The notes beneath the pieces are model-generated. The model saw only the letters and a list, made by a program, of their open reading frames with translations, did not search any database and was not told where the DNA came from. From Azolla caroliniana (taxonomy: Eukaryota > Plantae > Polypodiophyta), in the NCBI GenBank assembly GCA_043228905.1, contig JBHGNT010000005.1:4154001-4218000 (forward strand): 64,000 nt of DNA, in the 5' to 3' direction. Shown here in pieces: positions 38,337 through 51,277 of the stretch. The translations under genes were made by a program, and so were the position numbers. Numbering within the stretch: position 1 is the first letter of the stretch; every line of letters begins with the position of its first letter.

Positions 38337-38766
38337 CGGCACGACTACTACTCCTCTACTTGTTCCCACTGCGGAGTGTGGAATACGTCAGATTTCATAT
38401 TGTCGTCAACTACATGCATACTTTGATCTCTTGTCTCTCTACTTCTCATCATGTGTTGTATTGCAGCTGCCAGTTTGCGCTTTTTTCCCGTCACGTGCAT
38501 TCCTTAGAGTTCAAATCTCTCGCTTAATATGGTCAAAAATATAAAGGTGGAATGGATCGTTGTTTTGTAACTAACGTTATTGACCCAACCATCTTAGCTA
38601 AGAGCCAACTCGAGCTCAATTCTCTCTTTCTCTCTCACACACACACTCTCTCTCGTTCTTTTATATTGTAATTACCTTAAGTTGTTTACTACTCAATAAC
38701 CAATACTGAATTTCCTCAACTCTCTATTGCTTTATACGTATCCTCTTATTTTACTAGATGCCATTG

Positions 38767-39601
38767 TGGGATGTATGGGTTAAACCCATGACCTCTTGAT
38801 CTCCATTGGGCAACTGTTGAGATATCAAGCTCAACTAGTTTAATCTAGTTAGTCAACACCAAGTGGTTGTCAATGAAGGTGACGTAGTAGCGGCATCCGC
38901 CGAGCGTCAGCATTTGAGCCGGTCCCCATACGTCCAAGTGGATTATGTCAAGGAGGCCTTTGCTTGTGGAGCTCTCCTTCGGGAATGGGAGTCGATGTTG
39001 TTTGCCGAGTTGGCATGCTTCGCACACTCGGTCGACTCGTTTCAATTAGAAAGCCACAAGCCACACCGATGCCGACTGAGCCGAAGGAAGCTAAACCGGA
39101 CGTTGGACGCCTCACACTTAAGCTTGATGGGGCGTGTTGAGATATCAAGCTCAACTAGTTTAATCTAGTTAGTCAACACATGTAACTTAGTAGTTACCTA
39201 GATCGAATCTAGTTAATCCGTTGACCTTAAGCCTTTAAATAGGACCTTGTACTTAAGTGGGATATTCTAGATCCTCCACTCCTTAGTACATTTAATGTAG
39301 GACTTACACATAAGTACCTATATTCTACCCACACATGTGCACCTTTGCACATGGGTTGTATATATACCTCATTGTGGGTATTTTTGTATGTTGATGACAC
39401 TTTTCAATATAGTCATTCATCCCCCATTTATCTTTGTGTTCAAGTGTAACTTCCTCTCTCTCTCTCTCTTCTTCTCACACACTCTCACGCGCATATCATA
39501 CTAATCTTCCGCTGCTTAACGTAACCATACAATTAGTCTCTAATTAACCCTAGTTAATTACCTAATTACTTAACATCAACCTTACCCACTGAGCTACATC
39601 C
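38767..39601 (-). pseudogene. tRNA-like sequence (tRNA pseudogene or SINE head) split by the copia remnant
   Basis: Joining 39601-39576 with 38809-38767 gives ggatgtagctcagtgggtaaggttg.ccaatggagatcaagaggtcatgggtttaacccatacatccca: A box TAGCTCAGTGG, acceptor-like GGATGT/ACATCC, T-stem ATGGG/CCCAT. Confidence 0.65.
38815..39575 (+). mobile_element. Rearranged Ty1/copia remnant: 45-bp LTR tip, inverted integrase fragment, PPT, complete 441-bp LTR
   Basis: tgttgagatatcaagctcaactagtttaatctagttagtcaacac at 38815 and 39135; PPT-like aagcttgatggggcg; LTR ends taaca at 39575; TSD gcaac/tcaac; minus-strand CEACQLGKQHRLPF..LDIIHLDVWGPA..LGGCRYYVTFID is a copia integrase N-terminus. Confidence 0.85.
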
Positions 39602-41056
39602 ATATGTTCTCCCTCTCCCTCTCCCTCTCCCTCTCTCTCTCTCTCATGCCAAAAAGGACCACAGCCTCGATGCTCATAGTTCCTTAATATCAAAGACATC
39701 ATAACACAACATCGTATGCACCTTCCTTGTCACACCAACCACCCACGTTACTAGATTATCTTTTAATGGATTTTTTTTAAGGCAAAACTTTGATTCCAAA
39801 GATTGTTGTTTAGTTTTAGGAGACTATAGTTAAAGGACATAATTCTTCTATTTTACTTCCGTTCCATTTTTTGTACTCACATCGATAGTAGTTAGCATAA
39901 ACATTTGTAAGTGTTGTTGAACTTTGTATATCCATGTAGCCGTGCTAGAAACATTAGCCCTCTCTTTAGTTGTTGCCATATTGTTCACACTACATCATCA
40001 AAGTCATGACTTTGAGAGAACCAATGTTCGAGCATTGGAATTAACCAATAAGATACAATGAACCCATCTCAACAATGTTGACATTGAGATTGGTACCAAA
40101 TGGGTGAGTCTAGAGACAAGGAATGAGGGGCAAGAGACAAAGAGGAAGAGATGATTGGGCACCACAGTGTGAAAGAGCCAAAATCATGTGAAAGATTATA
40201 AAGATTGTTTTTGATGCTCTTATGAGCTTCGTCTTCATTTTTTCATGTTCAGTTCGTGCCTTGATCTCATCTTTCTCTCTCTCATGCTTCGATAAGCTTT
40301 GGTCATCACTATAAACAAGAGAGCTCAAATCCCAAGTTTCCATCTTAGGCATCCAACCTTCATATCATATTGAGGATGCCTGGCTTCCATAAGTTGATTA
40401 ATGAACAAAAGTTGTTATAGCTATAAACATTTACTTTGCTTTCTTAAGCAATTATTCTGTTTTGAGAACATGGGTTAAGTCTTTTCATCGATACATTCAA
40501 TTAACTATTTATGGTACAAGAATGATGATTGGAGACAGTTTGGCTGGGTGAATCAATTCACTTTGTATACATACTTGATTGTGGGTGAACTGTGACACCC
40601 TCTCTAAACCCTCTTTGTTAACTATAGGGTGTACCAACCAACTAGCAAGGGTAAACGAAACCGATAGTTCACATATATATATACTTATGCTTATACTTTC
40701 ATGGCCATTCAGGTTTTGATGATTATGCCCAACTACCTTAAGAACTAGTCCAACTTCACTCATTCTCACAACCACAAAGAACCATCCACCTCAATATAAT
40801 ATATAATAATGCATAGACTTGCTTTTGTTTGTGCCAATCGAAACAAGACCATAGAGTCTCGTGGCAACCAATGAGAAGTCGATCACATCATCATGTGCAT
40901 GGGCGGGCCATAGATTGCAAGCGAGAGGCCGTAATAGAGGAGGAGTGATGTGAAATCAATCATACTCACGAACCATAAGATATCCGCCTTGCTTTTGCTT
41001 TTCTTGTAGACCACATTATAACGGGAGTGTATAACTCTCCATCCCAACCATTTGAG

Positions 41057-41585
41057 TAGCAATGGGCACGGTTTCGGCTCAAACCAAACCGAACCGTAAA
41101 ACCATGGTTTAACGGTTTATTGGTTCCAACAAATTTTAATGGTTTGGATTTTCGATAAACGGTTTGGTTTGGTTCTAAAACTCAGGTTTATAGGTAGGTT
41201 TTTGGTTAACTTTTTTTTTTTACCTTAATAGTTTATTAATTTAATGGTTTAATTAATGGTTTTTTGTATTGATTTAATTAATTTAATGGTTCAATTAAAG
41301 TTTCTTTGATTCATTTAATAAATTTAACTTATATGCTTATTTAATTGAACGTATTTTTGTTTATTTAGATGTTGAATTAGTTTGATTTAAATGGTCAGTT
41401 AAATTTTTTTTATTAAATGGTTCGTTTTGGTTTTAACTTTTCCCTAAACGATTTGGTTTAAATTTTTTATTAAATGTTTTGGTTTGGTTTCTACATTTCC
41501 CCAAGCGGTTTGGTTTGGTTTTTGTTTTATATAAATGGTACGGTTTCGGTTCGGTTCCTTGAAACCGAACCAGTGCTCATCGCTA
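41057..41585. mobile_element. hAT-type MITE (529 bp)
   Basis: TIRs tagcaatgggcac / gtgctcatcgcta; perfect 8-bp TSD catttgag (41049-41056 and 41586-41593); aaccg/cggtt subterminal repeats and AT-rich core. Confidence 0.88.
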
Positions 41586-41931
41586 CATTTGAGTATAAGT
41601 GTGACTATGTACATAATATATGTATACACCTGACACATCACATGGAGAAGAATCAAATTAAAGCCTAAGCAAACAGAAATATATAAATTTAGGGTTTTTC
41701 GGTCATGGTTCTCACACACAGACATACTTACTCTGTCTCTGTCTCTGTCTCTCTACACACACACATAAAATGTGTGTGAGGGTGCGGGAAATCTGATTAA
41801 ATCAAGGTACAGCATTGGGATCGAGCAAAGAAGCTTGACCTCGAAATTATTAGTTTTATCAGGCTTTCTGCTTATCCGTGGTTTAGGGCTTTCATCAAGG
41901 TTTAGAACATCAGGGAGGAAAGCAAAAACGA

Positions 41932-44900
41932 ATGGAGAGGCGTGCGATATCTATATTATCTCAGTTGGACCGCCTTCCTCCAAACAAGCTCGCTCCTGCC
42001 CCTCGTTCCCGCCTCTCCAAATGTTTGCAGTCAGAGATTCGTTTCATCCGTGGTTTCTCCAATCTCGAGGCATCGCTCCCTAATTGGTATATTTAGTTTA
42101 TAATTCATAAGTGGATCTATGAATGTTACATCTTCGATTAATTGGGCTAATAATTTGGATTAGTGAATCGTGCATATTTTAGTAATTAGCTTAATCGTTT
42201 GGTATTTAGTGAATCTTGCATGTTTAATGAATGCTTAGTCATTTAATGACCTATCATATGCATGGTGTAGGGAATCTTGGTTATGTGATTAAGATACTTA
42301 ATCTTGTTTAATGACCCATCATATAGATGATCCACAATAGTTGGATTAATATACTCATCATTTGGATGACCAAAAATGTTTTGTGGTTTAGTAAACCTTA
42401 CAGATTCAATAAAGTCACAATTTTGTTGATGACTCATATACTCGGCTTATTATTAACTTAATCTCGTTGAATGACCCACAATAGATGGATAAGTAAATGG
42501 CTTAATCTTATTGGAGACCCACAAAAGATGGGGTATTTAGGCATTTAATCTTATTGTTTGACCCGTAACATTTGGATCAGGAAATTCTGTGGGTTTTTAA
42601 CATTGCTGTCAGTGGATTTACTGATCATTAAATCCAAGTAGATTTATTGATGCTCACCTATTCCAAGCTGAGGGGTTAAAGTGTCCTGTCTATTTATCTG
42701 TCTTTAGTGTGGGGTCAGTTAGTAATCACCTGCACCTTTGTCCTCTTTGTGCTACACATTATAATTGTCAGACCTAAAGCCTTTTTCAGCAACTTGGGGA
42801 TATTGATTCAGAAAAACGTATGGAGGGATGGGTATGGAGGCAATTGTGCGGTAAAGAATTGTGAGAGACAATACAAGATAGAAACATAAGGAGAAAAACA
42901 AAACATTCCTGATGATAATCGATTATACAAGTAATGGTCTTGTCCACCCATGCACTCACCAGTTAGAGCTTCGATGGGAATCTGGGTTCTTTCACAATGA
43001 GCTAGTGATATGTTCATACGCAACACAAGATTCTTCTCGATCATCCTGCAATTAGTGGTTGATAGTTAGGTAAGTGGTTTACTAATGATGTGAGTTAACA
43101 AACTACTGTCCCCTATTAATGGCAAGCATTACGAAAATCTACTTGTTTGGCTTAGTCTGGTTGATGATCTCTGTCCGTCTCATTGTAGTATGTATATGGG
43201 AAAATCTTACAAGAATATTCTATCCAGGGCTCTGCCCCTGACAGGGGGCTAACTCACAATCTTCAAAAGTCACACTACGACCTCATCAGTGTTCAAGCCA
43301 GAGTACATCAATAGCTGCTTGTCATATGGGGGCCATTCAAAAGTGCAATACAACATGTTATGTTAATAACATAACATTGAGTATATTCTAACAAAGTAGA
43401 CAACAACTTTGGGTTTAGCTGGCTCAACAGTTTGGGCAACTCAAAAACAATATATAAAGTATTGTGGTATTCTTAGTAGATTCAATATTATTGGCCTCAT
43501 TGACAACCCATCATAAATGGATTATATAATCCTTCAAATGTTTGCGATGACTCATAATAGGGGCCCACCACAATTGGATTAGTGTATTCTGCATGTTTAA
43601 TTGGGACGATTTAATGTTAGTGATGGATAATTCTTGTATTTTAATCTTGCTTTATTTGCTCATGTTAATATACAGTTCTAACCGTTTTGGTAATTCACAA
43701 TTGCTGGATAATGAAATTTGCATGCTAGTTAAGTTCCTATCATATATTTGATGTATGGATATTGAAGACACACAAATAGTGAGACTTAAATATTCTTACT
43801 TATCCAGTACAAATTTGGGGTATCTTGAGGCTGTGGTGCATCTAGTGCAACATCCTTGGGTCGATGCAGTTTCGGCAGTTTTCCACACATTCAAGGCTGT
43901 AAATTGTGTAAAAGATACTGAAGTTCATGTCGATATCGTTTGTACATTTAAAGGAAAACCAGTTTGGATTATAGTATCCGATAGGAATCCCAAATATTTG
44001 CATTGGTTTCTGGAGCAAGATGGTGTTATGAGCTGGAGAACTCGTGTTGAGCACCTTGTTTTTGTAGCTCACTCACTCACTGCACTGCAACCGGCTTCAC
44101 TTTTGTTTTGCTTTGCAAAAGGGGTTTCAAATAGTTTTGCAACTGGTTTTATCAAGGAAGGTGGTGCCTCTCGGCTAAATATTTATGAAGAAGACAAGTT
44201 GATGCCTAGTATTGATCTTGGGGAGATAATGTTTGATACTGATGATGAAGACTGGGTATGCATTGGAGCAAGAAAGAAGCCAATAGATGTGAATGCTACA
44301 AAATTTGATAGTTGGGATACCTTTAAAATCAATGTCAACGCTTCAATTGATGGGTTTGAGGTGTTAGATAAGGAACTTTTGGGGTATTTATCTTTACAAA
44401 AACTGAATTTGAAAGATAATGATATCGAGGTACATGGAGAAATGAAGAATGATATCGAGGTTCATGGAGAAATGGAGAAAAATGGATGCAATGAAGAATT
44501 TAGATCCCTTTTATCGACATTATCTCGAAATTTTATCCTTTTAGATGGGCATAGAAGTATTCCAAGTTTGGTGAATCTAGATACAACGGCACTTATAGCA
44601 TTGGTTTCTGAGATCAGTAATGGTGGTGCACCAATGCTGGTCAATATGTATTTTGAGGATTTGGTTTCCAAGTTCAAGAGCACAGCTCAATTTATGAAGG
44701 ATCAGGTCAAATTTCCAACTTTAATGTTTAACAGATACACAAACTGTCTTCTTATTTTGTGGTGGTTGTTCATGTGATGCTGATTTTGAATATTGTTTAG
44801 GCAGAAGAGGAGCTCAAAGTGCCTCTATTAAAGGAGATGAAAATGCATCTGGAGAATAAAAGACCATTTATTTCACAGTCGGTATGCAACGAGTTCAAGT

Positions 44901-45760
44901 CATTGGTGTCATTGTGTGGGGGATCGAAGGAGAAGTGTCGAGCGATTGAATTATTGAAATGTTTGCCGTAAGAATTTATTCTGCTTAATATAATCCTAAA
45001 ATACTTTCCTCAATGATATTCTCTTGCAATAATTCTGGTATATGCTAACAGAACGCTGTGATTATGATCATATAGATAGATTATATCTGTAAGGTCACGT
45101 ATTGTGGTTTTCACAAGCAGAGGGCAAAAGGATATGCTTGTTATTATTGTCTGCCATAAACTATACTGGCATATATGATGAGTTGACGAGTCGGAGATTG
45201 TTGTCTCGTCTATGAGAGAAGAATGTAACAAATGAAGGTAGCAAAGTGCCTTTGAGGGGTATGAATTTTACTGATTTATCCCGATCACGTTTGATCTTTA
45301 GAAAATATGGTTGTTGTGGAGTGCGAAGAGGATCTTATTTGTTCATTTTACAGGGTGAAGTTCATTTGGCACAGATCGAAAAGTTTTAAGATGAGTGGAA
45401 TGGTAGTTCACCATTGCTCAATGAAACATATGTCCTAATCATAATGTACTTGACACAAAGTAGCTTTTTGATCATTACTTTAATAACAATTACCAACTGG
45501 CAGTTTAATGCAGTGTTTAACTTTTCTCTCTTTTGTGATGCAGAGTGGTGCCAGACACGCCATCGGCCCGTGTTATGGATCTTTGTGAAACCGGAAACAT
45601 TAAATCAAAGAATAAAGTGGTATTTGGGACAGGTGACTCTTTTCAGGCACCGACACTCACAGCAAATCTCTCATTTGTACGAGCTATAAGACAAACTGGC
45701 ATGGCTTTGTCAATATTAGAACATAAACCTCGAGCTTTGATGGGTGAAAAGTGTAGTTGA
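41932..45760 (+). CDS. UPF0415 / C7orf25-like (DUF1308) protein, 4 exons, ~478 aa
   Basis: Exons 41932-42086, 43808-44705, 44801-44967, 45544-45760, GT-AG with consistent phases (1437 nt). Motifs TNLGYLEAVVH, VHVDIVC...KPVWIIVSDRNPKY..W, VNLDTTALIALVSEISNG, EFKSLVSLCGG..EK.RA, VVPD.PS, KNKVVFGTGD...APTLTAN..FVRAIRQTGM.L...EHKPRALMG. Exon 1 is not in the ORF track. Confidence 0.88.
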
Positions 45761-47499
45761 GTCTAACTTGGTTCATAAGATTGCTTGTCTGATAAGAAAA
45801 GATTATATCATCCCATGATGAGAACCTCATAGAGCTCTTCTGTTTACATAAATATCTCCTTCAAATTGACACTTTTTGTATAGCATGAAGCACGAACGGC
45901 ACAAGCCAATACATTTTAATAGATTAAAACATTGCCTTGTACTAGCTTTTATTATTCTTGCATGTCCATGTGTAAAAGAATTTTAAGAGGCATCTAACGA
46001 GTCAAAATACTATTTTTTTGTAAATAATGGAAGTTGCTTTTCTTAATGTATTATTCTTTTTTCATATTCTAACTCATGGTAACCATTCGATTTCGTAAGT
46101 GGTGATGATTTGTCTCCTAGGATTGTCTTTCTAACTATATGAGTTCATTACTATCTTTGCCAAATGGTGTGATGTTTGAAAACTATTTAAGGAGATCATT
46201 TATTTGAAGTTCTTGTGGTGCTATTATGACCTTGAATAGAATTAAAAAGTCTATATTTTTTTTTTGTGTTAGATGGCACTAAGATACTCAACAACATTAT
46301 GTTAACATGCTGATAAGATCATTCTTCTTTTACTGTATACACATTGTATTGCAGCATTAAAAATTAAAAATTTGTTTTACCCTTGGGTAGTTATTGCACA
46401 TGCCAATGAGGCTTGGTTGCCAACTTATATATAGGCAAATGAATGGAAATCAAGCTAATGTCCAACTTTGCGATTCATTCATTAGCATTAACAATGAACT
46501 TAGGAACTCTCATTTGTCAATGCAAAACAAGGGACTTTTCAAAGTTAATATTGGAATGTGCTGGAAATTCAATTAAACAATCAATATTTCATTGATTGCA
46601 TGAAACATTTGTTGCTAAAGCTTAACTTGAAATTTCAAAATATTTGTGTTAATTTTATTGTGTATCTTTGCATTAAATGGTTAGACGATTATGTTTGTAT
46701 CTATGTATTGTACCATAGTCAGCAATTCTGCGACATTAAGGTCGGATGTTTAACGGAAGCTAGTTAGGTTATAGTCATTAAACCTTGATAATTGTTTGAT
46801 GGAATTAAAGCAAAGAAGCCTATTTAGCTTGAATCATTGTTTGATCGAGCTGATGTAGAGAAACCTCTTTAGTCTAGATAATTGTTTGATGGTACTGAAG
46901 GAGAGAAACCTCTTTAGTCAATTCTATGAAAGACGATTTTTAGGCTATTGATTAGGTTGCCTAGACATTTGACTTTGATAGCTTCCCTATTTCACCTTTA
47001 CTTTTCCATTTTCCCTTCTCTTTCAGTTTGGTTGAAGTTTTCTTTTATATTATGAAACATATTGGTGGTATAAATGCTACTTTACCCTCGTGTCATGGGG
47101 ATTTGTGGTGTTTTTTGTGAAACAGTTTTTAGACACAAATATTTAAAATTTGATAAAGCTTGTCTCCATTAGGGCTCAATGTAATCTTGACTCTTAGAGG
47201 AGGGGAATTGGTCACAATAAGACGTCAATCAAATGCAAATATTGTTCAATGTTGTGGTATGGTGGTTACCATCTCAACAACACAACATATGACACATGGG
47301 TCAAGTTTCATCTTCAACCATGCTCTTCTACATCTTACCAACACATAGATGTAGAGCTTGAAGTAGTGTGTGTATTAAAACGACATGATAACATAAAAAT
47401 TGTTGCCTTATGGTAATGTAAGCCCCCCTTGTCTACCTTTGCCTTAAATGAGCTTCTCACCCCAATGTCTAGCTTTGCCTTAACTTGTAATGTAGGAAG

Positions 47500-47608
<109 letters not shown>

Positions 47609-47699
47609 CTCTTCTGTTGCATAGAATCACACCCGATTCTTTACATTGCCAAATACATCAGTACTTGTTTCTCACTTGAAAGTTTGTGGTGATACCATA

Positions 47700-48650
47700 A
47701 ACATCAATTAAGGTAGTGTAATATATGACGATATTGCGAAGAAAGGGTTAGAGACTGAGACCTTCATTGCCAATACCTTAGTGATATGCATGCCAAATAT
47801 GGTTTTCTCTCAACAACACAACAAATTTTCGATGATCATCTTGTGAAAGATGCAATTTCATCGAATATATTGACTGCAAGATATGTAGAACATGGATATC
47901 TCTCCCTCTTTGAGCAAATGTAAAGAATGGGCATCCCTCCAAATACTGTCACACTTGTTTGCTGCCTGAAAACATGTGGTACCATTAGAGCTACATTAGC
48001 AGGCAATGAAATTCACAAGGAAATTGTACAAAAAGTTGTTGAAAGAGATTATTTCATTTGTTTTTTTTCTTCCAAAAAAAGATACTACATTAGTATTAGA
48101 AAACACCATAAGGCTAAGCATACAAGATATCCATAGATCCCCTCTATTTTTCTAAATTCTAATCGTTGGCTTAAATAAATACTTTGGTGTTGAGTAAAAC
48201 TACTCCACCTTATCAAAAAACCGTCTATAAAATATACCTATGTCCCATATGTCATGAAACTCCAAACACTTAAGCTCAACTTGGTGCATATTGCCTTTTA
48301 TACTATCCAACAACCCTTTGAAATTATGCAAAATCTCTATCCAAATTCCCGAAATTATTTGGGCAGGTCTTTCAGTCACATTTTGAAATAACTTCAAACA
48401 TCGAGCTTTCCAAAATATACCAAATTGTAATACTACTCACCAATTGCCATATTTGAGGTTTATCAGTTTGAAAGAGATTATTTCATTGGTTGTACAATGT
48501 ATGCTAAATGTGGGTCACTTGCTTAGGCATGTGTAGTATTTAATAGGCTTTCAATCCAAGAACAGTTCTCTTGGAATGCACTAATTGCAAGATATATTGA
48601 GAAGGGGAAATTTGAGGAAGTACTCGATCAAATCTATCAAATGAAGGGTT
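47700..48650 (+). pseudogene. PLS-class pentatricopeptide repeat pseudogene fragment, interrupted by a LINE tail
   Basis: FIANTLV, QQIFD..VKDAIS.N.L..YVEHG, LFEQM*.MGIPPNTVTLVCCLKTCG.I.A...G.EIH.EI, MYAKCGSL, SWNALIA.Y; stops and frameshifts. Confidence 0.8.
48059..48467 (-). mobile_element. 5'-truncated LINE 3' end with 20-bp TSD
   Basis: ttgaaagagattatttcatt at 48039-48058 and 48468-48487; short T-run at the left end (A-tail on minus); ORF IISGIWIEILHNFKGLLDSIKGN resembles the LINE C-terminus at ~22050-22110. Confidence 0.75.
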
Positions 48651-50959
48651 CATGGCTAGCCATTGTCTTACACAAGACGAGCTTGGTAAGGATAGTCACT
48701 TCCTTTCCATCTATTTCGTATTTTGTAGTTGATATGTTTTTTAAAACTAACGGAAGGATATTCTTTTGAAAAAAAAAAACATATGGATAAAATTAAATCC
48801 ATTCCCACCCTTCTCATAAATGCACACATTCTCTTTTGGTCCCATCCTCTTTCACTCTTGTGTGTTCACACCTCACCAAGTAGTTGTTCCTTACTCCTTA
48901 GAGCTTGTTACTCGCAATGTTTGGATTCCACATGAAATGGTTCCAAGTTCCAACACGAGGTTTTCTACCATCCAATAGCACAATAAACTTTTTACATAGA
49001 GGGAAATGTATCCAAGCAATGGACAGAAAGTTTCTTTCGGTCACAACATTTTTGTTCCTAGGTTTGTTGAGGTTTTCATTTATCTTTTTCTTCTCAAACA
49101 TTCCATTACACACTTGGACTTATCCCATTTTTCTTTCCTAGTGGGGGCGCCAAAGTATACCTTAAGGAGCATATTGCATCCCTAGAGTGGGACACCCTGT
49201 AAAACTCACTCAATGACCAATAAATTGTCTTTCTCTTTTCCATATGATTGCATTAACTCTCCTTACTTATTAATTTCCAAAACCACCAATTTTCCATATG
49301 CATACATAGGAGTTTTACATACATGTTCATTTGTAGCCCTACCCTTGAGTTCTCAAGTTCTTACTATGTAGGGTATAAGGGAATCTCAAGAGGATGTCGT
49401 GGACTAGGCTCAATCAGTTGCTTATAAGCTTCTAAGGGCCAATTCCTCTGATGACGCAAATGGATGTATGAGAGTGATATGCCAACCATTGGCCTCATCA
49501 CAAGGTCCTTATGTTGTTGAGAGTCTCCTCTTTGGTTCCTCATTTTTCTCACTTGCTTTATTAATGTAATCAATTTTGTTATCAAGTTCATAAGCAAGAC
49601 TCTTTAACCCATCTTCATTGTTTGTTTAGCAAATTTCATTTTCAAGTTCAGAACAAGAGTTAGAAGTTATCTAAGGTAAGTTCATGCATACAAACACACT
49701 ATATCCTATTTTGAAAGTACACTATCCTCCTAAATCAATACTTTTATTCAATAAAAAAAGTTGCTAATAAGCTCTAGGTGCCATAGGGACTCAAGTTATT
49801 CAGGAGGTTGAATAATGTTATTTATTAGATTTAGATTCCAACACCCTTTATGCTAGTAAGAATATTGAAGAGACATCTATTCAAAGGGCTATAAAATGTA
49901 TCCACGATGTTATGCAATTTAGATGCTTACAAAGAGTGTGACAAACTTTCGAGAGAAAAGATGATGAATAAAGCACATCTTTTCCTATATATTTATAAAT
50001 TGGTTACAACATGCTTGCGTACATGCTTAATGGTATTGCCATCACCTTGCATTGGATTTTCAAGCATTTGTTTTCAACCAACTCATTTATAATTCTCAAT
50101 ATAGTTGCTTCTGTCCTTATTCTCAATATAGTCTATTCATGTGGGCAGCGTGCACTCATGACTTCTAAAGTTAAGTTGACCATAACTTCCATTTGACCTC
50201 TTCTACTTGAATAAAGTTAAAAAAACATATACTTAGATATTCTTCTTCTTTTGTATCATGAGATACATGTCATGACTCTTTGTAGTCAAAAGACAATTAT
50301 TTAGTGCAAAGGACCGCTATCAAACACTTACTTTTGAGCAACCACTTGTTTATAAAAAGTTTGCATGCAATCTAAAACATCCCCGGGAGAGCATGAGAAA
50401 GAAAATACAATTTTTTAATGTAGAAGGGCCAAGAGAAGAGCATTTACTAGTGTGGCCCTCAACATGCGAGGATTTTGGATTTGTAGGATGATTACCATCC
50501 ACCAACTCATGTGAGAGAACAACCATGTAGTAAACAATGACCATGTAATGACGTGTGAAATATGGGTGGCAACTTATGCATGGATGATATAAGTAGTCTA
50601 GTGTAATAAAAATAGACTTATAGTTAGATTAATCATTTGAAAGTTGACCATGGAACAAGTGCATTGAGAAGAAAGAAGAACATTTATCAACTTGTTATTC
50701 TAATGTAGTAAGAGCTTTTTGCAATTAGTCGAGGCTTGTTATTTGATCCTCTATGTTGTGAGACCAATTATCATTCAGGAACTTCTCCAAGTAGATCGAG
50801 CTTATTGTACCTATATATCTTTTAAGGGATAAAGTAGATATCAACAAAGAGGTGATAACAAGAGGGTCAAAGACGGAAAAAAGAACGGAATTATCATCCT
50901 TTCTTTGTCGAGGATGACAATTTCTTGGATGAATATACACATTTAGCACGAGGATATTA

Positions 50960-51277
50960 AAAAATTTAGACAATTAATCAAATGTGCACATACTCTAATT
51001 AGTAAGGGTAGATTTATTGCATAAATTAGTCAACATTAAATTTAATTGAAGGATTGATATAATTGACATTCTACCATTGCATACGAAGTCAACTCTCAAT
51101 CAAACTCTCAATGAATCAATCCAAAAATTTAGACAATTAATCAAATGTACACATACACCAACCAGTAAGGGTAGGTTTATTGCACAAATTAGTCAACATT
51201 AACTTTAATTGAAGGATTGATATAATTGACCTCCTACCATTGCATACGAAGTCAGTTCTCAATCAAACTCTCAATGA
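50960..51277. repeat. ~160-bp tandem duplication
   Basis: aaaaatttagacaattaatcaaatgt...ctaccattgcatacgaagtca..tctcaatcaaactctcaatgaa twice. Confidence 0.85.

Noticed and set aside
8349-39580. All four LTR-type TSDs match at only 4 of 5 bases
   Set aside because: Curious, but four cases cannot separate age-related mutation from an integration feature.
42560-43300. Possible intronic C/D snoRNAs (TGATGA/CTGA motifs; also ~56660)
   Set aside because: No terminal stems or recognisable rRNA-complementary guides; such motifs are expected by chance.
48900-49640. Possible antisense LINE remnant (..RVGTWNHFMWN..)
   Set aside because: Only weak motif resemblance; no TSD or tail identified.
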